The notes under the pieces were generated by a model. That model had not been told where the DNA came from and ran no database searches. It saw nothing but the letters and a program-made list of their open reading frames with translations. From assembly GCA_016199625.1 (NCBI GenBank), contig JACQGI010000013.1, forward strand, positions 654-64,653: 64,000 bases of DNA, written 5' to 3'. This DNA is from Acidobacteriota bacterium. GTDB taxonomy: Bacteria > Acidobacteriota > Vicinamibacteria > Fen-336. Made by a program: the position numbers and the translations under genes. Below, in pieces: positions 47,162 to 54,875 of the stretch; position 1 is the first letter of the stretch; each line of letters opens with the position of its first letter.

Positions 47162-48003
47162 CGTCCCGGCCCCTCCTCGCCGTCGTGGCCGCGGCCCTCC
47201 TCGCCCGCCCCCTCGCGGCCGAGGAGTCGCCCTCGCGCCGCGACGGTCTGCCCGGCCTCGAGGGCGCCGTCCATCGGGCGGCCGAGGAGCGGGCGCGACT
47301 GCTCGACGCTCGGCGCAGCCGGAGCGCCGCCGCCGTGGCGCTCGCCGACGAGATCGCGCGGCTCAAGGCGAACGAAGCGGCGCCGCGGGCCGGGCGCGAG
47401 CTCGAGGCGCGGCTCCGGGATCTCGACCGGCTCGCTGCGGCCCTCGACGACCTGGACACGCGCATCGCCGCGCGCACGCGCGACCTCCAGAGGGCGGCAG
47501 CGGCCTTCGAGGTCGCAGCCGAGGCGGAGGCGGCCCGCGTCGCCTCGCCGGCCGAGGCCGGAGGGGCGGCGGCGCTGCGGGCGATCGAGGCGTCCCGGCG
47601 GCGCGTGGCCGAGGTCGCGGTGCCCGACGTGCCCTTCCGCCCTCTGCTCGACGTGGGCCTGGCGGCGGGCGACGGCGCCCCCGAGATCGCCGCCAAGCTC
47701 GCGCTCCTCGCGTCGGAGCGCCGAAGGGGCCAGGACGAGATCGCTCGCCTCGAGGAGCAGGAGCGCCTCCTCGCGGCGCGCATGGACGTGAAGCGCCGGC
47801 TCGCTGTCCAGGTCGACGCGGCGCGGCGCGACGCCGGGGGGGACTTCGAGCTGCTCGTCCAGGAGGCCGACGACCTCCGGTTCGCGCTCCGCGACCTGGC
47901 ACGGCAGCACGACGACGTGGCGCGCCGGCGCGCAGAGATCGCCGAGGCGGTCCAGGCCCTCGAGGCGCGGAGCCACGAGTTTGGGAGGCGAGAGGCCCCA
48001 TGA
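47158..48003 (+). CDS. secreted coiled-coil protein, unknown function
   Basis: C-terminal 281 aa of ORF 45883..48003. The GTG at 47158 overlaps the regulator stop (GTGA). It has a signal-like N-terminus ([18 protein letters not shown]) followed by Ala/Arg/Glu-rich heptad-like helices. Confidence 0.6.
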   Translation: MTSRPLLAVVAAALLARPLAAEESPSRRDGLPGLEGAVHRAAEERARLLDARRSRSAAAVALADEIARLKANEAAPRAGRELEARLRDLDRLAAALDDLDTRIAARTRDLQRAAAAFEVAAEAEAARVASPAEAGGAAALRAIEASRRRVAEVAVPDVPFRPLLDVGLAAGDGAPEIAAKLALLASERRRGQDEIARLEEQERLLAARMDVKRRLAVQVDAARRDAGGDFELLVQEADDLRFALRDLARQHDDVARRRAEIAEAVQALEARSHEFGRREAP

Positions 48004-49208
48004 CACGACACCTGTCCCCCGTCGCCGCCGTCGTGCTCTCCTGCGCCGTGCTTCCGGCCGCCGCCGAGGATCCTGCTCCCCCGGGGGACGGCTGGACCTG
48101 GCGTTCCTCCGCGTACCTCTTCGGGACGGTGGACGACAGCGACGGCGTCGCCTTCGCCCCCGTGAACGGGGAGCTGGGCGAGCCGAGCCCCAGCGCGAGC
48201 CTGGGCGCTTCGGCGGACGTGGAGCGCCGCGGTGACGAGGGCGACGTCCGCGCCACGGGCTTCGGCCTCGTGCGCCACCCGTTCTCGGACGCCGACCGCA
48301 GCTTCTTCCTCGCGGGGCGGCTTCACGCGGTCCGGCGGTTCTCGCCGTCGTGGCGCCTGCTCCTCGACGACGCGGCTAAGCTCCAGCGGCGGGCTGCCTC
48401 GCGTCACGACTTCCAGAGGAACGAGGCGATCCTCGGGGCCGAATGGCGGCGCGGGAGCGCGGACGTCTCCCTGCGCCTCTCCGATCGCCGGCGCTCCCTG
48501 CCCGACCTTCCGGTCCTCGGCTTCGACCGCCAGGGCCTCGCTCTCGCGGCCTCGCTCCGTCTCGCCGCGCACGAGCGGCTGCGGGCCGAGGCGGGGGTCC
48601 AGCGCTATGCCGCGTCCACCGCGAGCGGGACGCGATGGGTCCTCTCCGCCGAGGCGGCCTCCATCCGCCCGCGGACGCTCCTCGCGCTCCGGGCGTCCTG
48701 GTTCGAGCCCCGGAGCGACGAGGTCCTCGTCCCGCTCGGGGCAGCCCCCGAGGTCCGCCCCGCGGAGTTCGGCTCCGTGGAGCGCGACGCGTTCTTCGAG
48801 GCCATCGCGCTCGACGAGGCCCTCGTGGGCTTCGCCGAGGACGGGACCTCCGCGGAGCTGCCCGTGGACCTGCTCCTCCTCGACCCCCTCGAGAACGACA
48901 GCGACGAATGGGACTTCGGCCGGCGCAAGCTGGCGCTCTCGGCCCTGGCCACGCGCCGCCTCGGAGCCCGGTGGACCCTCACGCTCTCCGCGCGACTGCA
49001 GCGCCGTCGCGGGCCCGACCTCCTCACGCCCGACTTCTCCCAGGAGTTCGAGGAGACGCGGCTGTCGTTCCGGGCTGCGGTGCGCTTCCAGGCATCCCGG
49101 CGGCTCTTCGTCCTCCTCCAGGGCTCGCAACTCACGAGCGACGCCGACCGCCGGGCCCTGGACTACTCTCGCAGCCTGGGTGCCCTCGGACTCCAGGTGG
49201 AGTTCTAG
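48000..49208 (+). CDS. putative outer-membrane beta-barrel protein
   Basis: 402 aa with a signal peptide and alternating-pattern strands. Its C-terminus, LGLQVEF, ends in Phe as in OMPs. It is ATGA-coupled to the coiled-coil gene. Confidence 0.6.
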   Translation: MTRHLSPVAAVVLSCAVLPAAAEDPAPPGDGWTWRSSAYLFGTVDDSDGVAFAPVNGELGEPSPSASLGASADVERRGDEGDVRATGFGLVRHPFSDADRSFFLAGRLHAVRRFSPSWRLLLDDAAKLQRRAASRHDFQRNEAILGAEWRRGSADVSLRLSDRRRSLPDLPVLGFDRQGLALAASLRLAAHERLRAEAGVQRYAASTASGTRWVLSAEAASIRPRTLLALRASWFEPRSDEVLVPLGAAPEVRPAEFGSVERDAFFEAIALDEALVGFAEDGTSAELPVDLLLLDPLENDSDEWDFGRRKLALSALATRRLGARWTLTLSARLQRRRGPDLLTPDFSQEFEETRLSFRAAVRFQASRRLFVLLQGSQLTSDADRRALDYSRSLGALGLQVEF

Positions 49209-49221
49209 GATCGCTCGACTT

Positions 49222-49243
49222 CCGAGCGGGGCCGCTCGGTTTT
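49222..49243 (+). terminator. intrinsic terminator
   Basis: CCGAGCG (49222-49228), loop GGGC, CGCTCGG (49233-49239), then TTTT (49240-49243). It begins 14 nt after the stop at 49208. Confidence 0.65.
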
Positions 49244-49289
49244 CGAGCGGGTCGCGCCGTGGGGGGGGCCTTTCGGCCAGACTTTCCGA

Positions 49290-49305
49290 CGGTATGCGCC
49301 TTGCA
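49290..49305 (+). promoter_or_regulatory. sigma54-type (-24/-12) promoter candidate
   Basis: cGGTATGcgccTTGCA has GG (49291-49292) and GC (49303-49304) 10 nt apart and an exact TTGCA -12 element. The predicted +1 is about 49316, 59 nt before the ATG at 49375. Confidence 0.45.
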
Positions 49306-49374
49306 AGTTCCGAAGGCGAGGCCCGGCCGCTCGTCCGGCGCCTGCGCCCGCGAGGCGCCCGAGGAGGCCGCGAC

Positions 49375-50088
49375 ATGAGACCCCTGATCCTGACGTCGGC
49401 GGTCGTTCTGCTCGCCGGGGCGCCCGCGCTCCACGGCGACGAGGGCGGGAAGACCGAGATCACCGTGTTCCTGGGCGTCTCCCTCCAGGAGCCTTCGGTG
49501 ACCCGCCGTTTTCCCGACGTCCTCCCGGTGCGGGAAGGCCCGGGGCACATCCCGCAGTTCGAGGAACGGACGCGCCTCGGCGGGAGCTTCCTCCAGGGCT
49601 TCCGCGTCGGCCGGACCCTCGGCGACCGCGTGACCCTCGAGGTCGGCCTCTCCGTGGCCCCGACCCACGAGCGGCGCTTCGAGTCGGACTTCCCCTGGTG
49701 GCCGTACTGCCCCGAGTGCGTCGTCACGTCCGACGGCGGGGGTACCCCGCCGTCGCCGCCACCGGATCTCGTTCCGGTCCCCGTTCCGGGCTGGGGCGAC
49801 GGCAACGTCGTGGCCTACGCCTACGACGCCGACGTGACCTTCGACCTGGCTACGGGCGCCGTGCGGCCCTACGTGCTCCTCGGCGCGGGGGGCGTCACCT
49901 ACGATTCCGGTCTCGAACCCAACCAGACCGACTTCCGGCTGAGCTTCGGAGGGGGGCTGAGGCTCGGCGGAGGTGCCGTGAGCGGGCGCCTCGAGGTCGC
50001 GGACGCCCTGACCCCCGACCATTTCCTCACAGGCGAGACCGAGCACGACGTCCAGGTCCGCTGCGGCGTCTCCGTGCGTGTCCCTTGA
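49375..50088 (+). CDS. outer-membrane beta-barrel domain protein
   Basis: C-terminal 237 aa of ORF 48232..50088, from the ATG at 49375 after GAGGAGG. It has a signal peptide (MRPLILTSAVVLLAGAPALHG) and strand-like repeats (VAYAYDADVTFDL, PYVLLGAGGVTYD, FRLSFGGGLRL). Confidence 0.6.
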   Translation: MRPLILTSAVVLLAGAPALHGDEGGKTEITVFLGVSLQEPSVTRRFPDVLPVREGPGHIPQFEERTRLGGSFLQGFRVGRTLGDRVTLEVGLSVAPTHERRFESDFPWWPYCPECVVTSDGGGTPPSPPPDLVPVPVPGWGDGNVVAYAYDADVTFDLATGAVRPYVLLGAGGVTYDSGLEPNQTDFRLSFGGGLRLGGGAVSGRLEVADALTPDHFLTGETEHDVQVRCGVSVRVP

Positions 50089-50105
50089 TCTGCGGAGGAT
50101 CGATA

Positions 50106-50486
50106 ATGAAGACGGTGCGAATCGTCGTCCTGCTCGCCCTTGCCCTCGCGGCCTGCGGCTCTGTGGAGAACCCCGCGGCCCCTGGGCCCCAGCGCGGCCT
50201 GCTCGAGGTGCGGGGCGTCGAGGTGGCGATCCTCGAGTCGTTCCCGACTCAGGTCATCGCCAACGTGGAGGGGCAGTTCCCCACCGTGTGCACCGCGGTC
50301 GACGAGATCCGCGTCCGGCGTCGGGAGCGGGTGGTCGAAGTGACGATCACGACCGTCAGCACCGCGACCACCTGCATCCTGCTGTATCCGCCTCCGGTGA
50401 ATGTGCCGGTGCACCTGGGCTACTTCGGCGAGACCGGCGAGTACGTCCTGCGGGTGAACGGCTTCGAGACCCGCTTCAAGATCTGA
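50106..50486 (+). CDS. lipoprotein, unknown function
   Basis: C-terminal 126 aa of ORF 49698..50486, from the ATG at 50106. It has a perfect lipobox, LALAAC|GS, and two further Cys residues. Confidence 0.7.
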   Translation: MKTVRIVVLLALALAACGSVENPAAPGPQRGLLEVRGVEVAILESFPTQVIANVEGQFPTVCTAVDEIRVRRRERVVEVTITTVSTATTCILLYPPPVNVPVHLGYFGETGEYVLRVNGFETRFKI

Positions 50487-50494
50487 GGCCTGGC

Positions 50495-50518
50495 GGTGCC
50501 CCCGTCGCCGGGGACACC
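50495..50518. terminator. hairpin between convergent genes (candidate bidirectional terminator)
   Basis: GGTGCCCCCG (50495-50504) pairs with CGGGGACACC (50509-50518), 9 of 10 bp, loop TCGC. There is no U-tract. Confidence 0.4.
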
Positions 50519-50525
50519 GGGGTGT

Positions 50526-50852
50526 TCACCAGCCCAGGCGGAGGCTCACGTGCGGCCGCGAGCACCGCGAGTGTCCGTGGTAGTGGTGGCGCACGCGGGG
50601 CGACGGGCGGTAGTGGTATCGCCTCTCGTAGTAGTAGCCCCCGTAGTCGCCCCGATAGTGGTCGTCGTAGTAGCGCCTCTCGTGGTGCCGCGGAGCGTAG
50701 TGACGCGGGGTGCGGTAGCTCCCGGAGTAGTAGTGACGATGCCCGTGGCGACAGTCTCGGGAATGGCGGTGGCCGGCCTCGGCGGTCGCCGGAACGGCCA
50801 GCGCCCCGAGGAGCGAGAGGGAGAGGGCAGCCGCCAACGTCCGGATCCTCAT
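50526..50852 (-). CDS. secreted His/Arg/Tyr-rich mini-protein
   Basis: C-terminal 108 aa of ORF 50526..51095(-), from the ATG at 50852 after GGAGGAGG. Signal MRIRTLAAALSLSLLGALAVPATAEA. The mature 82 aa hold 15 His, 18 Arg and 14 Tyr by my count (RHYY/RRYY/RHHYH-like units) plus 2 Cys. Confidence 0.65.
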   Translation of the reverse strand: MRIRTLAAALSLSLLGALAVPATAEAGHRHSRDCRHGHRHYYSGSYRTPRHYAPRHHERRYYDDHYRGDYGGYYYERRYHYRPSPRVRHHYHGHSRCSRPHVSLRLGW

Positions 50853-50879
50853 GAGGACACCTCCTCCACCTGGATCCGA

Positions 50880-50895
50880 AGCAAGCGTCCTGCCA
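50880..50895 (-). promoter_or_regulatory. sigma54 (-24/-12) promoter
   Basis: The minus strand reads TGGCAGgacgcTTGCT (50895..50880), against the consensus TGGCAC-N5-TTGCW. GG and GC are 10 nt apart. The predicted +1 is about 50869, giving a 17-nt leader that carries the SD. Confidence 0.6.
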
Positions 50896-50985
50896 AGCCG
50901 TGCGAGTCTCTTGGACAACGACTTAGGGGCTGCTGACGGTCGACGGCCGGCCGCAGGAGACGACAGGGCGTGTCCACCGCACCGG

Positions 50986-51429
50986 TCACTCCACCCAGAC
51001 CTTGACCGTCGTGTCCTCGTCCTCGATCTCCACGAGCTCCTGGCCGGACTCGAGCGCATCCAAGACCTCGCCGAGCCGGACCGCGTGGTGATCACGGGCG
51101 TGACGGCGACAGCGCAGGTCGATCGGGAAGCCGTCGCCTAGAGCTCGGGCCAGCGCCAGCGGCACATTGACCGAGACCCGGGCCCTCTTGTCGCCCTTCT
51201 CGACCACGCGGACCTTGAGCCAAGTCGGCTTCTCACCGCGTCGCGCCACCCGGCGTTCCTCGCGCGGGCCCGTCGGCGTCACCTGGGCAGCCGGCTCCGG
51301 GCTCGGCGCTCCCTGCGGCGTCAGGGCCTTCTTGACCACGGCCAGGTCGTCGTCGAACGTCCCCGCAACGGCCGGCCCGGCCAAGAGCGCCACCGCGAAT
51401 GCTCCCAGGGCCATCCTCGTCGCACGCAT
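50986..51429 (-). CDS. secreted protein carrying the shared C-terminal 'WL(K/R)VR...VW(L/V)E' module
   Basis: 147 aa with signal MRATRMALGAFAVALLAGPAVAG. Its C-terminus, WLKVRVVEKGDKRARVSVNVPLALARAL...QELVEIEDEDTTVKVWVE, is paralogous to the tails of the 51441 and 53674 genes. Confidence 0.65.
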   Translation of the reverse strand: MRATRMALGAFAVALLAGPAVAGTFDDDLAVVKKALTPQGAPSPEPAAQVTPTGPREERRVARRGEKPTWLKVRVVEKGDKRARVSVNVPLALARALGDGFPIDLRCRRHARDHHAVRLGEVLDALESGQELVEIEDEDTTVKVWVE

Positions 51430-51440
51430 GTCCTTCTCTC

Positions 51441-52313
51441 CTATTCGAGCCAGATCTGGATCCGCTCGCCGTCGTCGCCCTCGATGGTCACGATCTCCTG
51501 GGGCCCGAGCTTGCGCAGCTTCTCGAAGAAGTTCTCTGCGTCGTAGCCCCTGCCCTTCAGCTCTTCGAGCGCGTCCTCGGGCAGGCTCTTGAAGAGCAGC
51601 TCGGCCAGGGCGACGGGCACGTTGATCGACACCTCGGCCTTGGCATTGCCCCCCTTCTTGTAGATGCGGACCCGCAGCCAGCTCGCCTCGCGGCCCTTGG
51701 GCGGAGTATCGCCCCTCCGCATTCCCGGAGCGGACGGCGGCTTCGCGGGCTGCCGGAGCGCCCCGGGATCCAGGCGCAGGAGCTTCAGCTTCGCCCGGTC
51801 CACGAGGTCCGGGTCCCTCTCCTCGGCCACGATCTTCTTCAGGACCGGAACGGCGGAGCGGCCCACGTCGGCGCCGAGGTCGGCGAGCTGGAACGCCGCG
51901 TAGTACCGCACGGTCCGGCTCGGGTCCGAGAGGGCCTCGCGCAGGACCGGGAGGCGCTGCTTCTGCCCGGCCCTGACCATCCGCGCGGCGAGGCCCACGC
52001 GGCTCGTCCGCGCCTCCTCGACGAGCGTCGCGTCGTCGGCCTTGCGGTCGAGGAACGCCTCGAACTCGCGGAAGGCGCGGTCGGTCTCCCCGAGCTTCTC
52101 GCTGCAGCGCGCCGTCCAGTACGCAGCCGCGTCGGCGTCGGCGCCGGCGGCCTGCTGCGCCACGGCCTGCCAGATCGCCCGGGCGTCGGCGTAACGGCCG
52201 TCGAAGAACAGGGCCTTCGCGCTGCGGAGCCGCTCGGCGTCGGCCTGGGCGGAAGCCTCCACGGCGAGGACGGACAGGAGGAGCGCGAGGGCCGCGCCCA
52301 CGGCTCGCTTCAT
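51441..52313 (-). CDS. secreted TPR/HEAT-repeat protein with the shared C-terminal module
   Basis: C-terminal 290 aa of ORF 51441..52577(-). The ATG at 52313 overlaps the anti-sigma stop (ATGA). It has a signal peptide, HEAT-like repeats (DPSRTVRYYAAFQLADLG) and the tail WLRVRIYKKGGNAKAEVSINVPVALAELL...EIVTIEGDDGERIQIWLE. Confidence 0.7.
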   Translation of the reverse strand: MKRAVGAALALLLSVLAVEASAQADAERLRSAKALFFDGRYADARAIWQAVAQQAAGADADAAAYWTARCSEKLGETDRAFREFEAFLDRKADDATLVEEARTSRVGLAARMVRAGQKQRLPVLREALSDPSRTVRYYAAFQLADLGADVGRSAVPVLKKIVAEERDPDLVDRAKLKLLRLDPGALRQPAKPPSAPGMRRGDTPPKGREASWLRVRIYKKGGNAKAEVSINVPVALAELLFKSLPEDALEELKGRGYDAENFFEKLRKLGPQEIVTIEGDDGERIQIWLE

Positions 52314-53080
52314 CCCTGGAGCTCCCGCGTCATCAGGTCGATCTTCATCAGGAGGCGCCTCTCCACGACCTCGCGGTGGATGGCCTGCACCTCGCCCCGG
52401 CGCGCGCAGGACTCGAGGGCGGCCACCTCGCGCAGCACCCGCTCCACGTCCTCGAGGACCGGCTGCGCGCTCGCCACGACCGCGCGGTCCATCTCGACCA
52501 GAGCACGCCGGGTCAGAAGAGCCCGGCTGCGCTGCGTCTCCTCGGCCACGTCCACGCGGTCGGACTCCCGGTGGCATTTCTGGGGCGCCGCCGCCACGGT
52601 GAGCAGGACGTCGTGCGCCTCGGCGAGATAGCGCACGGCCTGGTTGCGCGCCGCCCGGGTCTCGAGCCGGCGCAGCATCTCCTCGGGGACGGCGACGTCC
52701 GTCTCCGCGACGGCCGGGGCCTCGGAAGACGGCCGCCCGGTCGGCCCACGGAGGACGGCCAGGAGGGCCAGGAGCACGACGGCCGCAGCCGCGGCGAGCC
52801 GCGGCGCCGAGAGCCCCATCCCCAGCGCAGCCTCGGCCCCCGCGTCGAGGCGTGCCTCGACACGGCGCGCGAGGGCGGCCAGGGACACGGGTGGCGCCGT
52901 CGTGCGCACGGGGTCGGATGCCACGAGGGCGAGCAGGGCCCGAATCCCCTCGAGCTCCTTCCCACAGCGAGGGCAGGAGGCCGCGTGAGACTCCGCGGCA
53001 CGGCGCTCGGGTCCCTCGAGGGCCCCCGAGGCGAGGAGGCTCACCTGCCGCCGCCAGCGTTCGTGGAAGAGGGCGATCAT
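52310..53080 (-). CDS. anti-sigma factor, zinc-binding (zf-HC2/ZAS) type, single TM
   Basis: 256 aa with HAASCPRC (Hx3Cx2C), the TM segment LAAAAAVVLLALLAVL, and an extracytoplasmic helical domain with 2 Cys. It is ATGA-coupled to the sigma gene. Confidence 0.75.
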   Translation of the reverse strand: MIALFHERWRRQVSLLASGALEGPERRAAESHAASCPRCGKELEGIRALLALVASDPVRTTAPPVSLAALARRVEARLDAGAEAALGMGLSAPRLAAAAAVVLLALLAVLRGPTGRPSSEAPAVAETDVAVPEEMLRRLETRAARNQAVRYLAEAHDVLLTVAAAPQKCHRESDRVDVAEETQRSRALLTRRALVEMDRAVVASAQPVLEDVERVLREVAALESCARRGEVQAIHREVVERRLLMKIDLMTRELQG

Positions 53081-53670
53081 GCCTGGGCCCGGAGCCCCGC
53101 CAGGCGCTCCCGCAGCCGGTGGACCGCCCGGTGCAGGCTGCTCTTCACCGTGCCCAGGCTCATCCCCAGCGCGTCGGCGATCTCGGGGAGCGTCATCTCG
53201 TCATAGTGCCTCAGGACGAAGACCGCCCGCTGCTGCTCCGGCAGGCCGCGCAGCGCCTGTCCGATCCGCTCCGACACCTCCCGCCCCAGGACCCGCCGCT
53301 CCGGGGACGGCTCCTCGCCCGCGAGCCGCTCGTCGTGGTCCGACTCGGGCAGCGGCGACTCGGAAGTCGCCCGGCGCTTGCCCTTGCGGTACCGGTCGAT
53401 GGCGTCGTTGACGGCGATGCGCGTGAGCCAAGGGGCCGCTTCGGACGCCCCGTCCCAGCGCCCGGCGTGGCGGAAGGCCTTCACGAACGTCTCCTGGGTG
53501 CAGTCGAGGGCTTCATCGGCGTCCCGCAGGTACGACAGCGCGATCCGGTAGATCCGCTGGTAGTGCCGCTCCATGAGCGGCCCGAGGGCCTCGCGGTCCC
53601 CGGCGGCGAGCCGCCGGAGCAGGTCCCGGTCCGAGGGCGCCATCGTGCCGGCATTGGACCACGAGTCCAC
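53077..53670 (-). CDS. ECF (group IV) sigma-70 family sigma factor
   Basis: 197 aa. Region 2 (YQRIYRIALSYLRDADEALDCTQETFVKAF) and region 4 (QRAVFVLRHYDEMTLPEIADALGMSLGTVKSSLHRA). Confidence 0.9.
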   Translation of the reverse strand: MDSWSNAGTMAPSDRDLLRRLAAGDREALGPLMERHYQRIYRIALSYLRDADEALDCTQETFVKAFRHAGRWDGASEAAPWLTRIAVNDAIDRYRKGKRRATSESPLPESDHDERLAGEEPSPERRVLGREVSERIGQALRGLPEQQRAVFVLRHYDEMTLPEIADALGMSLGTVKSSLHRAVHRLRERLAGLRAQA

Positions 53671-53673
53671 CCA

Positions 53674-54063
53674 CTACCGCAGCCAGACCAGCACCTGGCC
53701 GCCGTCGTCCTCGGCCACCTCGACCAGGACGCCGAGCCCCGCGCGCTCCACGTCCTCCCAGCGCACGTGCCGGCCGTGGCGCCCGATCCCCGCGCCTTCG
53801 GCCACGTCGTCGAGGTCCACCTCGCCCTTCATCTTCCGGCAGAGCCACATCGGGAGGCTGACACGGACCAGCTCCCGGTCGTCCGGATCCCAGGCCAGCA
53901 CGTTCAGCTCGTGGGCCGGCCCTGGGCGCCCCTGGACGCGGAGCGCCTGCTCGCGGGCCCGCTCGAAGGCGGGCCGCGGGTCCGAGACGCGCTCCACGTG
54001 GACCAGGCAGCCGGTCCCGAGAACCGCCGCGGTGAGGATGCCTCCGAGGGCCGCTCGCGTCAT
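53674..54063 (-). CDS. small secreted/lipo-protein with the shared C-terminal module; first gene of the ECF operon
   Basis: ORF 53674..54171(-) trimmed to the ATG at 54063 (MTRAALGGILTAAVLGTGC), because an ECF-type promoter lies inside the longer ORF. Tail: LVRVSLPMWLCRKM...GVLVEVAEDDGGQVLVWLR. Confidence 0.6.
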   Translation of the reverse strand: MTRAALGGILTAAVLGTGCLVHVERVSDPRPAFERAREQALRVQGRPGPAHELNVLAWDPDDRELVRVSLPMWLCRKMKGEVDLDDVAEGAGIGRHGRHVRWEDVERAGLGVLVEVAEDDGGQVLVWLR

Positions 54064-54111
54064 GTCCCGCCTCCACACGAGCCCGCCCGACGCACCGGGC
54101 CCCGGATCGGT

Positions 54112-54137
54112 AACGCCCGAGGGCGGCGAAGGGTTCC
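54112..54137 (-). promoter_or_regulatory. ECF-type promoter (GGAAC-N17-CGTT)
   Basis: On the minus strand: GGAAC (54137..54133), 17-nt spacer, CGTT (54115..54112). It lies about 50 nt upstream of the ATG at 54063, which fits an autoregulated ECF operon. Confidence 0.5.
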
Positions 54138-54142
54138 TTGTT

Positions 54143-54171
54143 TTGCTTCCAGGCAGGGGGTCGCCTATCAT
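54143..54171 (+). promoter_or_regulatory. candidate sigma70 promoter for the LOG-family gene
   Basis: TTGCTT (54143-54148), 17-nt spacer, TATCAT (54166-54171). The TTG start is at 54198. Confidence 0.4.
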
Positions 54172-54197
54172 GACCGAAGGTGTTGAGAGAGTAGGTT

Positions 54198-54845
54198 TTG
54201 GGCGACTCGGTCCTGGATTTCGCCGTCAAGGATTCCTGGCGGATCTTCCGCATCATGGGGGAGTTCGTCGAGGGCTTCGAGACGCTCTCGCAGGTTCCGA
54301 AGGGGGTCACGATCTTCGGCTCGGCCCGAAGCACGCCCGGCGACCCGGACTACGCCCTGGCCGAGGAGCTGGGCCGCACCCTCGCCCAGGCCGGGTATGC
54401 CGTGATCACCGGCGGCGGACCCGGGGCCATGGAAGCGGCGAACAAGGGGGCGCTCGAGGCGGGCGGCGAGTCCATCGGCCTCGCCATCGAGCTGCCCTAC
54501 GAGCTCAAGCCAAACCCCTACCTGACCACGACGCTCTCCTTCCGGTACTTCTTCGTTCGGAAGGTCATGTTCGTGAAGTACAGCAAGGCGTTCGTGATCA
54601 CGCCGGGCGGCTACGGCACACTGGACGAGATGTTCGAGGCCATCACGCTGATCCAGACGCGCAAGGTGAAGCCGTTCCCCGTGATCCTGGCGGGCGACGA
54701 CGCGTACTGGGAAGGGCTCCTCACGTGGATCCGCGGGACCCTCGTCTCCCGCGGCAAGGTGCGCCCCGAGGAGCTGCAGATCTTGAAGCGGGCCCGATCC
54801 CCCCAGGACGTCCTGGACATCCTCCGGGCTTCCCCGGTCGGCTGA
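54198..54845 (+). CDS. LOG-family (TIGR00730) nucleotide 5'-monophosphate nucleosidase
   Basis: 215 aa with FGSARS, GGGPGAMEAANKGA and PGGYGTLDE. Confidence 0.85.
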   Translation: MGDSVLDFAVKDSWRIFRIMGEFVEGFETLSQVPKGVTIFGSARSTPGDPDYALAEELGRTLAQAGYAVITGGGPGAMEAANKGALEAGGESIGLAIELPYELKPNPYLTTTLSFRYFFVRKVMFVKYSKAFVITPGGYGTLDEMFEAITLIQTRKVKPFPVILAGDDAYWEGLLTWIRGTLVSRGKVRPEELQILKRARSPQDVLDILRASPVG

Positions 54846-54875
54846 GCGCCGCACGCGCGTGGAGGACCGACGGAC

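Noticed and set aside
50496-50936. The plus-strand Val-rich ORF (..VVVVAHAGRRAVVVSPLVVVAPVVAPIVVVVVAPLVV..) opposite the His/Arg/Tyr-rich gene.
   Set aside because: It is the mirror image of the CAC/TAC/CGC-rich minus-strand codons. It has no SD, no signal peptide and no promoter, whereas the minus-strand ORF has all three.
54064-54171. The longer form of the first ECF-operon ORF, starting at the ATG at 54171 (MIGDPLPGSKTRNPSPPSG...).
   Set aside because: The extension is Pro/Gly/Ser-rich and contains the GGAAC-N17-CGTT ECF promoter. The ATG at 54063 gives a normal signal or lipoprotein N-terminus.
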